This document shows positions 55,186 through 63,803 of a stretch of DNA of 64,000 nt, one piece after another. Position 1 is the first letter of the stretch; every line of letters begins with the position of its first letter. Source of the stretch: Acidimicrobiaceae bacterium (GTDB taxonomy: Bacteria; Actinomycetota; Acidimicrobiia; Acidimicrobiales; RAAP-2); NCBI GenBank assembly GCA_013044265.1, contig JABEUQ010000093.1:31235-95234 (forward strand), in the 5' to 3' direction. The notes below the pieces were generated by a model. That model was given only the letters and a program-made list of their open reading frames with translations, had not been told where the DNA came from and searched no databases. The position numbers were made by a program, and so were the translations under genes.

Positions 55186-55734
55186 GTGATGGCAAAGAAG
55201 AACTTGGAGAAGAAGATTTCCGACAAGAAAGAAAAGAAGAACCTCAAGACGAGGAAGATTCGCATCGGCGTCGTCGACACGATGTTCGCGCGTTACGACA
55301 TGGGCCAAGCGGCCTGCGACGAACTCTCCATCTGTCCCGGCTACAACAAGACTTTCAAGGTGATCTCGAAGACGGTCCCGGGCTTCAAGGATCTCGCGGT
55401 CGCCGCCTTGAACCTGATCGAAGAAGATGGTTGCTCCATCGTGGTCGCTCTGGGCATGCCGGGCTCGGCGCCGATTGACAAGCAGTGCGCCCACGAGGCC
55501 GCTCAGGGCATCATGCAGGCACAGCTCTTCACGGGGACCCCAATTCTCGAGGTCTTCGTGCACGAAGACGAAGCGAGTGATCCCAAAGTATTAGCGAGCG
55601 TCTTTGAGAATCGTTCACGCAAACACGCACGCAATGCGTACTGGATGCTCTTCGAGCCTGAGCAGTTGCGCCGACGCGCCGGACAGGGGATTCGTCAGGG
55701 TTTTGACGACGCCGGCCCGCTGCAGTTGAAGTAG
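55186..55734 (+). CDS. ribC: Archaeal-type (pentameric, lumazine-synthase-fold) riboflavin synthase
   Basis: IGVVDTMFARYDM, KTVPGFKDL, ALGMPG, DKQCAHEA, EVFVHEDEA, AGQGIRQGFDDAGP match the recalled Methanocaldococcus RibC motifs in order; bacterial RibH motifs are absent. Confidence 0.9.
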   Translation: MMAKKNLEKKISDKKEKKNLKTRKIRIGVVDTMFARYDMGQAACDELSICPGYNKTFKVISKTVPGFKDLAVAALNLIEEDGCSIVVALGMPGSAPIDKQCAHEAAQGIMQAQLFTGTPILEVFVHEDEASDPKVLASVFENRSRKHARNAYWMLFEPEQLRRRAGQGIRQGFDDAGPLQLK

Positions 55735-55744
55735 GAGGTTCACC

Positions 55745-56953
55745 ATGGCTGAAGCCGTTCTCGTTGCAGCGGGGCGTACCGCGATTGGTCGGGCCTTTAA
55801 GGGCTCGCTGATCGATGAGCGCCCCGATGATCTCACCGCGTACGTGGTGACCCAGGTCCTCGAACAAGTACCCGAACTCGATCCCCATATGGTCGAAGAC
55901 CTGTTGGTGGGTTGCGGTCAGCCCGCCGGAGAGGGAGGGTTCAACTTGGCACGCGTGGTAGCCGTCCTCGCCGGACTCGACGACGTGCCCGGCGTCACCA
56001 TCAATCGCTACTGCTCATCCTCCCTGCAAACGATTCGCATGGCCGCTCACGCCATTCGCGCCGGTGAAGGTGATGTGTTCGTGGCCGCCGGGGTCGAGAC
56101 CATCTCGCGATTCGGCGCGGGGATGTCCGATATCGACGCCGCCGCGAATCCTCGATTCGCCGCGGCGCGCGAACGGAGCACGATGCGCTCTGTGGAGGGT
56201 TCCGACGTCTGGACGCCGCCAACGGGTCTGCCCGACATCTACATCGCGATGGGCCAGACCGCGGAGAACGTGGTGCAACTCGAAGGCGTGAGTCGCTCGG
56301 AGATGGACGAATTCGCCTTGCGCTCCCAAGAACTCGCCGTCACCCACCAGCGCAGTGGTTTCTTCGCTCGCGAAATCATTCCAGTGACGCGCGCCGACGG
56401 GAGTATCGTCGACACCGATGACGGTCCGCGGGCCGACACCTCGCTGCAACGTCTCGCTTCGCTGGCGCCAGTCTTTCGCGCCGACGGCACTATCACGGCC
56501 GGCAACGCCTGCCCCCTCAACGATGGTGCGGCCGCGGTCGTGGTCATGAGTGATGTGCGCGCACGTGAACTCGGAATCCGTCCCCGAGCGCGCATCGTGT
56601 CCTCAGGACTGAGCGGACTCAATCCCGAGATCATGGGACTGGGGCCCATCGAGGCCAGTCGACAAGCCCTCTCTCGGGCGCACCTGACGATGAAGGACAT
56701 CGACCTCGTGGAGATCAATGAGGCCTTCGCCGCCCAGGTACTGCCGAGTGCGAAGCACCTCGGCGTACCACTCGAAAAGTTGAACGTTCGAGGTGGAGCC
56801 ATTGCGCTGGGCCACCCCTTTGGAATGACCGGCGCGAGAATCATGACGACGCTGCTGCACTCCCTCGAGGAGTCGGGTCTGCGCTACGGGCTCGAGACGA
56901 TGTGCGTCGGTGGTGGTCAGGGTATGGCGATGATCATCGAACGCCTCGACTGA
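55745..56953 (+). CDS. Acetyl-CoA C-acyltransferase (thiolase)
   Basis: NRYCSSS, TAGNACPLNDGAAA, NEAFA, GHPFG, CVGGG; AGGAGG RBS. Confidence 0.96.
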   Translation: MAEAVLVAAGRTAIGRAFKGSLIDERPDDLTAYVVTQVLEQVPELDPHMVEDLLVGCGQPAGEGGFNLARVVAVLAGLDDVPGVTINRYCSSSLQTIRMAAHAIRAGEGDVFVAAGVETISRFGAGMSDIDAAANPRFAAARERSTMRSVEGSDVWTPPTGLPDIYIAMGQTAENVVQLEGVSRSEMDEFALRSQELAVTHQRSGFFAREIIPVTRADGSIVDTDDGPRADTSLQRLASLAPVFRADGTITAGNACPLNDGAAAVVVMSDVRARELGIRPRARIVSSGLSGLNPEIMGLGPIEASRQALSRAHLTMKDIDLVEINEAFAAQVLPSAKHLGVPLEKLNVRGGAIALGHPFGMTGARIMTTLLHSLEESGLRYGLETMCVGGGQGMAMIIERLD

Positions 56954-57038
56954 GACTCTCTCCGGACCTTCAAGCAAATCGAATTAGATGATCAGGAGCG
57001 GAATGCCGTCGAGGTACGCTCCTCGTAAATTGGGCGTC

Positions 57039-58091
57039 GTGCATGATCTTGACGAAAGCCGGTGGAGCGCGGTGCAGCGTCGCGACGAGAATCTGGGGGG
57101 GACCTTCGTCTACGCCGTGGTGACGACTGGCGTAGCCTGCCAACCGGGGTGCGCCTCGCGCACACCACGTCGCGACAATGTCGAGTTCTTTTGTACCCTG
57201 CACGAGGCCGAACTCGCGGGATATCGTGCGTGTCTGCGGTGCCGTCCAGGAGAGCAGCGGGTCCTCGATGCCTCGCTCGAGGCGGTCATCTCGCTGTGCC
57301 GTCGACTCGAGCGCGACAGCGCGTCGCGCGTCGCTACCTTTGCCGCTGAGGTGGGCTACAGCGAAAGCCACCTCCGGCGTCGCTTCAGCCAAGTGATTGG
57401 TGTGCCGGTAGCCACGTACCAACGCGCACTGCGCGCCCAACGTGCCCGCGAAGCACTCGGCACATCAATGGCGGTCACCGACGCCGCGTACGAGGCCGGA
57501 TTTGGTTCGAGCCGGGCCTTCTACGAACACAGCGCGAGCCAGTTAGGCATGAGCCCACGCCACTACCGGAGTGGAGGTGAAGGTGAGCGTATAGCCTTCA
57601 CTTCGCTCGTTACCCCGCTGGGCCACGTGGTCTGCGCGAGGACTGAGCGTGGCGTGTGCGCGGTGCGAATTGGCGATGACGAGGAGGCTCTCGTGAGGGA
57701 AGTGGTCCAAGAGTTTCCCCGCGCGACTCTCGAACGCGATGACGCAGGCCTAGGAGACCTCGCATCGGTCATCGCTCTCGTGGTACGCGGCGAGGGTGAA
57801 TCCACCTTGCTCCCGCTCGATATCCAAGGAACAGCTTTCCAAATACGAGTCTGGGGTGCCCTGCGACGCGTGCCGCGCGGTACGACTCTCACGTATTCTC
57901 AGCTAGCCGAGTTAATTGGCTCTCCGCGCGCCGTGCGCGCGGTCGGATCGGCCTGTGGGGCGAATCCGGTAGCACTGGTGATCCCCTGTCACCGGGTCGT
58001 TCGCCGCGACGGGTCCCTGGGCGGCTACCGGTGGGGACTCGAAGTCAAAGAAGCGTTGCTCGAGGCCGAGAAGCCCCGGACACCGTCATGA
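57039..58091 (+). CDS. ada: Bifunctional Ada regulator / O6-methylguanine-DNA methyltransferase
   Basis: Zn motif CQPGCASR...GYRACLRC, AraC HTH, GTAFQ, PCHRV, GGYRWG; TAAATT 7 nt before GTG 57039. Confidence 0.93.
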   Translation: MHDLDESRWSAVQRRDENLGGTFVYAVVTTGVACQPGCASRTPRRDNVEFFCTLHEAELAGYRACLRCRPGEQRVLDASLEAVISLCRRLERDSASRVATFAAEVGYSESHLRRRFSQVIGVPVATYQRALRAQRAREALGTSMAVTDAAYEAGFGSSRAFYEHSASQLGMSPRHYRSGGEGERIAFTSLVTPLGHVVCARTERGVCAVRIGDDEEALVREVVQEFPRATLERDDAGLGDLASVIALVVRGEGESTLLPLDIQGTAFQIRVWGALRRVPRGTTLTYSQLAELIGSPRAVRAVGSACGANPVALVIPCHRVVRRDGSLGGYRWGLEVKEALLEAEKPRTPS

Positions 58092-59026
58092 GTGCCCCCG
58101 TCGCCACAACGAAGGCGCTGGCTCGCTCGCACGTTCCCTGGCAGGTCTGGTTCGTCGTACTCGGCGCCATCTGGGGCTGTTCGTTCTGGTGGATCAAACT
58201 CGGTCTGCGTTGGATGACCCCCGTGGACGTCGCCTTCGCGCGACTCGCCGCTGGCGCGGGTACGCTCGTTCTCATCTCGCTGTTCACTCGATCGGCTTGG
58301 CCCCGACGAGCCTCGACGTGGGGGCACCTCTTCGTCGTGGCGATCTTGCTCAACAGTGCGCCATTCACACTCTTCTCCTACGGTGAGACCCACGTGTCAG
58401 CAGTGCTCGCGGGTCTTATCAACGCCACGACGCCACTGGCGACTTTGATCGTGGTCCTCTTCGTCCTACGTCAGGAGCGCGCGAGCGCTTCAGTCCTCAC
58501 CGGACTCGGCGTCGGACTACTCGGTGTCGTCATCCTTATCGGCGTCTGGAACGGCTTCGGCGCGAGTCAGTGGCTGGGTATGGGATCGTGTCTGGCTGCC
58601 GTCGTCTGTTACGGCTTCGGCTTCTCCTATGCGCGTGGACACTTAGCGACGCTGTCGCACTCACCCGTCGCACTCGCCACCGGACAGGTACTCTGCGGGA
58701 CACTACAACTGCTGCCCTTCGCCCTGCTCTTCGGCCACGTCCACGCTCACCCACCGCTCTCGTCAGTGATGGGTCTGGCCGCGCTAGGAATTCTGGGTAC
58801 CGGCGTCGCCTACATCATCAATTTCCATATTGTGCGTAACGCTCCAGCCAGTGTCGTCAGTAGTGTGACCTACCTCACACCAATCTTCGCCGCCATCGTG
58901 GGCGTCACGTTTCTCGGCGAATCTCTCACGTGGAACGAGCCGATCGGGGCGATACTGATCCTGGTGGGGGCGGCTCTCGCCCAGGGCCGATTCCAACGAC
59001 GCGGGTCGAGCGCGGCCCCGGTGTAG
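58088..59026 (+). CDS. EamA/DMT transporter
   Basis: IWGCSF, INATTPL, two EamA repeats, 10 TM segments; ATG overlaps the ada stop. Confidence 0.92.
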   Translation: MSAPVATTKALARSHVPWQVWFVVLGAIWGCSFWWIKLGLRWMTPVDVAFARLAAGAGTLVLISLFTRSAWPRRASTWGHLFVVAILLNSAPFTLFSYGETHVSAVLAGLINATTPLATLIVVLFVLRQERASASVLTGLGVGLLGVVILIGVWNGFGASQWLGMGSCLAAVVCYGFGFSYARGHLATLSHSPVALATGQVLCGTLQLLPFALLFGHVHAHPPLSSVMGLAALGILGTGVAYIINFHIVRNAPASVVSSVTYLTPIFAAIVGVTFLGESLTWNEPIGAILILVGAALAQGRFQRRGSSAAPV

Positions 59027-59032
59027 CTCGAA

Positions 59033-59260
59033 CTAGGGTCGACCCGTATCGCGGCCCGAGGGATCATTCATGATCTCCTCGTGCTCAGCGGCGTCGACGG
59101 CGCGAACTTCACTCGTGAGCAACACGGGGATATCGTCGCGCACATCGTAGGCCTGGCGCGTTCTGGGGTTGTAGAGCACGTCACGAGAAGCGACGTAGCG
59201 CAAGACTCCGTGATCGGCGGGATCTTCGATCAGTTCCAGTAAGAAGGTGTCCAGGGCCAT
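59033..59260 (-). CDS. Trm112/YcaR-like small protein
   Basis: LLELIEDP, AYDVRDDIPVLL; 2 bp after the PMM stop. Confidence 0.85.
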   Translation of the reverse strand: MALDTFLLELIEDPADHGVLRYVASRDVLYNPRTRQAYDVRDDIPVLLTSEVRAVDAAEHEEIMNDPSGRDTGRP

Positions 59261-59262
59261 CG

Positions 59263-60609
59263 CTAGTTGGCCTTAATCATTTCAATGACCTCGGCCACGT
59301 GGCGTGCACAGTCCTCGTCGCTGGTCGCCTCAACATTGAGTCGTAGTAGTGGTTCAGTGTTAGAAGGGCGCAAATTGAACCACCAGTCACCAAAGTCCGC
59401 GGTGAGACCATCAAGTTCATCGATTGATGCGCCCGACGCACGAAGTTCGTGCGTGATGGAAGCCACAGTGGCCGCGGGGTCGCTGACGACGGTGTTGATC
59501 TCGCCCGACACCGCGAAGCGATTGAATGGTGCCACCAACCCCGACAGCGCACCGTCGAAGTTGCTCAGTAGCTCCAGCACGACCATGGCGGTGATGATGC
59601 CAGAGTCGGCACGGTAATTGTCGCGGTAGTAATAGTGACCCGAATGCTCACCACCGAAGATGGCGTTGGTCTCGGCCATGGTCTGCTTGATGTAACTGTG
59701 ACCCACGCGCGTGCGTACGCCCACCCCTCCGTGTTCAGCGATGACCGCGGGCACGGACTTCGAGCAGATCACGTTGTAGAGGATGGTCGCACCGGGATTC
59801 TTGTCGAGCAGGCTTGCCGCGACCATCGCGGTCGTCGTGGATCCGCTAATGCCCTGAGCCCTCTCGTCGATCAAGAAGACGCGGTCGGCGTCTCCGTCAA
59901 AGGCCAGTCCAATGTCGGCGCCACTCTCAAGAACGCGCCTCTGCAGGTCCACGATATTGGCCGGGTTGAGCGGGTCGGCAGGGTGATTCGGGAAGGTGCC
60001 ATCGAGCTCGGGGTACATGATCTCGACATCGAAAGGCAGGCCTGCGAAGATAAGTGGCGCGACGTAGCCGCCCATACCGTTCGCGGTATCGGCCACGATC
60101 TTCAAGGGGCGCAACTTCTTGGTGTCAATGAAGGAGTGCACGTGCGCGACCCAGGCACTCACGATGTCGCTTTCGGACATGGGGGCGAGGTCGCCACGCG
60201 CCGGAGAGGCGAGGAACTCGTTCGTCATCCGTTCGATGTCGGCGAGACCCGTCTCGAGGCCGATGGGTTTGGCCTCGGCCAGACACATCTTGATCCCGTT
60301 GTATTGAGCCGGGTTGTGCGAGGCAGTGAACATTGCGCCAGGTGCATTCAAATAACCCGAGGCGAAGTACAAGAGATCCGTCGATGCCAGACCAATGTCC
60401 ACTACTTCTACACCCATGCGGCGCACACCTTCAGCGAAGGCGGCCACCAAGCTGGGGCCCGAAGGACGCATGTCGCGCGCGACGACAATCGAGGGTCCGC
60501 CAACGAAAGTGGCGAACGCTGAACCAGTGGCCCGCGCGACGTCCTCGTTGAGTTGATCGGGGTAGGTGCCGCGAACGTCGTAGGCCTTAAATATCAACGA
60601 TGTGTCCAT
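59263..60609 (-). CDS. manB: Phosphomannomutase/phosphoglucomutase
   Basis: FKAYDVRG, TASHNP, FDGDADR, GEHSGH, RPSNTEP; start moved to ATG 60609. Confidence 0.95.
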   Translation of the reverse strand: MDTSLIFKAYDVRGTYPDQLNEDVARATGSAFATFVGGPSIVVARDMRPSGPSLVAAFAEGVRRMGVEVVDIGLASTDLLYFASGYLNAPGAMFTASHNPAQYNGIKMCLAEAKPIGLETGLADIERMTNEFLASPARGDLAPMSESDIVSAWVAHVHSFIDTKKLRPLKIVADTANGMGGYVAPLIFAGLPFDVEIMYPELDGTFPNHPADPLNPANIVDLQRRVLESGADIGLAFDGDADRVFLIDERAQGISGSTTTAMVAASLLDKNPGATILYNVICSKSVPAVIAEHGGVGVRTRVGHSYIKQTMAETNAIFGGEHSGHYYYRDNYRADSGIITAMVVLELLSNFDGALSGLVAPFNRFAVSGEINTVVSDPAATVASITHELRASGASIDELDGLTADFGDWWFNLRPSNTEPLLRLNVEATSDEDCARHVAEVIEMIKAN

Positions 60610-60620
60610 GACGGCCAATC

Positions 60621-62984
60621 CTACCGTTGGGCCCGGCGTCGCCTCCGAAGACTCGCCACCACGACCACGAGGCCCCCAGCCATCGTGAGTTCGGTGAGGA
60701 TACTGCCCCACGCGACCGCCGGATTCGCCCCGTACGTCAAGGACACCGACTTCGACGTCGGTACCACCACCATCAGATTGGGACTTACCCGGTAGGGTCC
60801 GCTCGCGCCGCTGGCGTGCCATCGTGGGAAGTACGAGATCTTGACGAGTACCGGTACTCCGACTCGAGACACGTCAAAGGAAATCGACTGCGTCGTCTGG
60901 GTCACGTGACTCACGTTCACCTTGGGCAATGTCACCGGATTGGACACCAAGTTCGCGGCGGCGACGTGAGGCCACGAGGCTGGTCCGCTACTGGCGATCG
61001 GTACTTTCCACGCCGTCGGATCCAACCACCAGGTGGCATTCGCGTTCAGCCACGCGACACGGCTCGAGAGTCCCGACACCACCACCGGGGCGTGCGTCAT
61101 CGCACTCACCACGGGGCTGTTCTTGATGAGGTAGACGTACCACTTCACTCCCGGAGGCGCCCAGGCCTTGGTGGTGGCGACGAGACGGAGCGCGGGGTCA
61201 GCGTTCGCCTGAGCCACTGCCCCGGAGGAGAAGGCGATGTAGTACTTCACCCCGAGCATCTGCAAGTGCTGAACCCCCTCGGCCACGTTCAATATTCCGT
61301 AGTTGAGGCCGACCTGAGGATTGCTCGGATTCTGGCTCAACTCGGCCTGATCGAGGAAGTGATAGGGCGTGGTGGCCGAAGATTCGAAGTAGAGACCCTC
61401 CATTGAGTCCACACAATTGTTGGTCCAGTACGGCAACAGCATGAGCGCCATCGGGGTTCCAAAACGCGATTCTCCCGCGCTGTACTCCCACATCGCGCGG
61501 CCGCAACCGTAGGTGGTGCCAACCCGACCCATGGTGCTCATCAGGTCGTGGTACTCGGGCCACGCGGCTTGACCCTGGTAGCCCGAATAGTTAAACGCCG
61601 CCCAGTTGGTGACCTGGTTGCCGGAGGTGTTGAGGTGCAGCGCGCTGGCGACGCTCGGAATCAGTCCTGGAACCACCGAGAGCAGGCCCACCAAGATGAC
61701 CACCGAGGTCGCATTAACCAGGCGCGATCGGTGCAGGTGCTCAACCAACTCGTTGCGCCAGGTGCCCGGCGTCGGTGCCACGCTCTCGACATTGGCTGGA
61801 TCTTCGACATCTTCGCCGGAGTCCTGTAACGACAGATCAATCCGGTGTTGTCGCTCGACCCATCGCCACGCACCGTAACCGACGACCCAGCCCCCCAGGA
61901 GATGGACACCGAGATACCAGAACGGGATCAAGCGCTCGTTCCAGATTGCGGCCTGGGGATCGACCACGAAGGCGACCAGCGAGGCGACCGTAATCAGCGC
62001 CAGGACCACACCCAGGCGATTACGCGTCAACGCGGCCACCACCGCTCCCACGGCGGCGAGCACGATGACCCAGCGGTACCCCGATGCCCCGCCATTCTGG
62101 GTCCACCACCCGAGCGTCGTAAAGATTGAATGCACAGAACTGGTGTTGAGGTTGGTGTACCCCATCGAGTTAGTGAGGTTCTGCGTCGCGATGAAACTTA
62201 GAAGCCACCATGCCGACAACCCAAATGAAATCAACCCCGCCCCAATAGTGAAACGAAGGGGGCGTGCGTAGTCTCCTGGTACACGTTCTTCTCGAGGGTC
62301 ACCCCATCCGCGGCGCTGTAACACCTCAACCACGACGAGAATGCCAATCGCCCCGAGCGCGAACATCCAGGGCAGGACGTGTGAGGCCAGGGTGAGACTC
62401 AGTGCAATGCCCGCCCACCAGTACCCTCGGCCCGTGCGCACACCCCGTGCAAAGAGACCGATCGTGAAGAGACTGAGCGCCAAGGAGAAGGAGAACGCGT
62501 ACTCCCCGGCCATCGTGGAGAAGAGGTTGCCCCCGTCAATCGTGAAGCTGGCGTCAAAGAGGAATGGCAGAGTGGCGAGCGCCAGTGCCGCCGGCACCGG
62601 GCGGGGCGCCCGAAAGAGTCGAGCCATCACGTAGGCGCTGATCGGCATGAGGACCGAACCAAGGATCGTGACCAACTTGAAAGCCACGGCAAAATTGATC
62701 ACGTAACTCGCGAGCACCGCCAGGTAGTCCGGCAACACGAAGTAGTAGGTGTAGGCGGGCATCCCGTCAAACCAACCGGGGTACCACGGAGTGACATGCA
62801 AGAGATCACCCTGACTGCGCAAGAACGCCGGCAGGACAACGTGTGCTCCAGTATCACCTCCGGTGATGAGCGTCGAGGAGAAGATCAGGTTGGGGTGCAT
62901 CGACCACACGGTGACCACGATGACGACGGCCACCGCGAAGAAGTCGATCCAGGACAGCACCGTACGCCGTCGTAGCCAGCGCAT
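60621..62984 (-). CDS. GT-C/YfhO-like multi-TM glycosyltransferase (PTPS_related family)
   Basis: First-loop GGDTGAH, WYPGWFDGMP, about 12 TM segments, large extracellular domain ending SYFPRW...NLMVVVP; ATG overlaps the CPBP stop (TAATG). Confidence 0.7.
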   Translation of the reverse strand: MRWLRRRTVLSWIDFFAVAVVIVVTVWSMHPNLIFSSTLITGGDTGAHVVLPAFLRSQGDLLHVTPWYPGWFDGMPAYTYYFVLPDYLAVLASYVINFAVAFKLVTILGSVLMPISAYVMARLFRAPRPVPAALALATLPFLFDASFTIDGGNLFSTMAGEYAFSFSLALSLFTIGLFARGVRTGRGYWWAGIALSLTLASHVLPWMFALGAIGILVVVEVLQRRGWGDPREERVPGDYARPLRFTIGAGLISFGLSAWWLLSFIATQNLTNSMGYTNLNTSSVHSIFTTLGWWTQNGGASGYRWVIVLAAVGAVVAALTRNRLGVVLALITVASLVAFVVDPQAAIWNERLIPFWYLGVHLLGGWVVGYGAWRWVERQHRIDLSLQDSGEDVEDPANVESVAPTPGTWRNELVEHLHRSRLVNATSVVILVGLLSVVPGLIPSVASALHLNTSGNQVTNWAAFNYSGYQGQAAWPEYHDLMSTMGRVGTTYGCGRAMWEYSAGESRFGTPMALMLLPYWTNNCVDSMEGLYFESSATTPYHFLDQAELSQNPSNPQVGLNYGILNVAEGVQHLQMLGVKYYIAFSSGAVAQANADPALRLVATTKAWAPPGVKWYVYLIKNSPVVSAMTHAPVVVSGLSSRVAWLNANATWWLDPTAWKVPIASSGPASWPHVAAANLVSNPVTLPKVNVSHVTQTTQSISFDVSRVGVPVLVKISYFPRWHASGASGPYRVSPNLMVVVPTSKSVSLTYGANPAVAWGSILTELTMAGGLVVVVASLRRRRRAQR

Positions 62985-63727
62985 TAGTGATGCAACCTTT
63001 GAGAGATGAGTGAAACCATAGTGAGCGCATTGAAGCCTACGTGCGTCAACACCGCCGGCAGAAGTCGCTGGGTTCGCAGCACGATGACTGCGAGCACCAC
63101 ACCCAGGAAGAAGAGTCCTGGCAACTGCAGCCATTCCGCGTGCGCGAGCGCGAAGATGAGAGCACTGCTCAGCACCGCGAGTACTGTCCCATTACGTCCC
63201 CAGCGTGGCGAGAGTCCCGCGTCGAGCGCGCGAAAGATGACGCCGCGAAACAACCACTCCTCCACCACCGGAGCGCCCACGACCGTCATTAGCGCGAGCA
63301 GGGCAAACCAGCTCCCGTGGGCCGATCCAAAGAGGTGATTGACAGGTTTGTTCATATTCTTAAAATGGAAAGGTAAATAGGCCAGTCCGACCAGCAATTG
63401 CAGTGCGACGCCCACGATTAGAAAGGTCCCGTCGTAGCGACGCGGACGCCACGCGTTGGCCAATGCGTCAAGGCCCCCGCGATGGTGCGCGAGGTAGATC
63501 GCGACACCGAAACCAACCCAAAGTCCAGCCAATCCAGCCACATTTGACCACCAGGGTGGCTCGCTGGCCGCAGCGAGAGCGGTCATGCCACCGGGGAAAT
63601 GAGCGACTGACACGAAGACACCATCGAGCAGGGACGCCACTACCTGACCCAGCACGAAACCGAGGAGGGCAATGACGATGATGCCCACGACGCGGGGCTG
63701 ATTCTTAAGTTTCGTGTCCGTCACCAC
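62984..63727 (-). CDS. CPBP (Abi/CAAX type II) intramembrane glutamic protease
   Basis: APVVEEWLFRG (EExxxR), FALAH, HVGFN; TAGCGT 5 nt before GTG. Confidence 0.93.
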   Translation of the reverse strand: MVTDTKLKNQPRVVGIIVIALLGFVLGQVVASLLDGVFVSVAHFPGGMTALAAASEPPWWSNVAGLAGLWVGFGVAIYLAHHRGGLDALANAWRPRRYDGTFLIVGVALQLLVGLAYLPFHFKNMNKPVNHLFGSAHGSWFALLALMTVVGAPVVEEWLFRGVIFRALDAGLSPRWGRNGTVLAVLSSALIFALAHAEWLQLPGLFFLGVVLAVIVLRTQRLLPAVLTHVGFNALTMVSLISQRLHH

Positions 63728-63803
63728 CCTTCACGCTAACAACTCGAGGGTTTTGCACAGGCGAGCAGAAACAGGCGTCGCTCACCACCTCTAGATTGGT
63801 GAA

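Noticed and set aside
55186-55734. Calling this gene ribH (lumazine synthase)
   Set aside because: It lacks RibH signatures (ARFN, VPGAFELP, GxVIRGxTxH) and has the archaeal RibC-specific CAHEA, VHEDEA and GxRQG motifs
60621-62984. 6-pyruvoyl-tetrahydropterin synthase function implied by the family name
   Set aside because: No T-fold PTPS motifs are present. It is a large polytopic membrane protein with a GT-C-like layout
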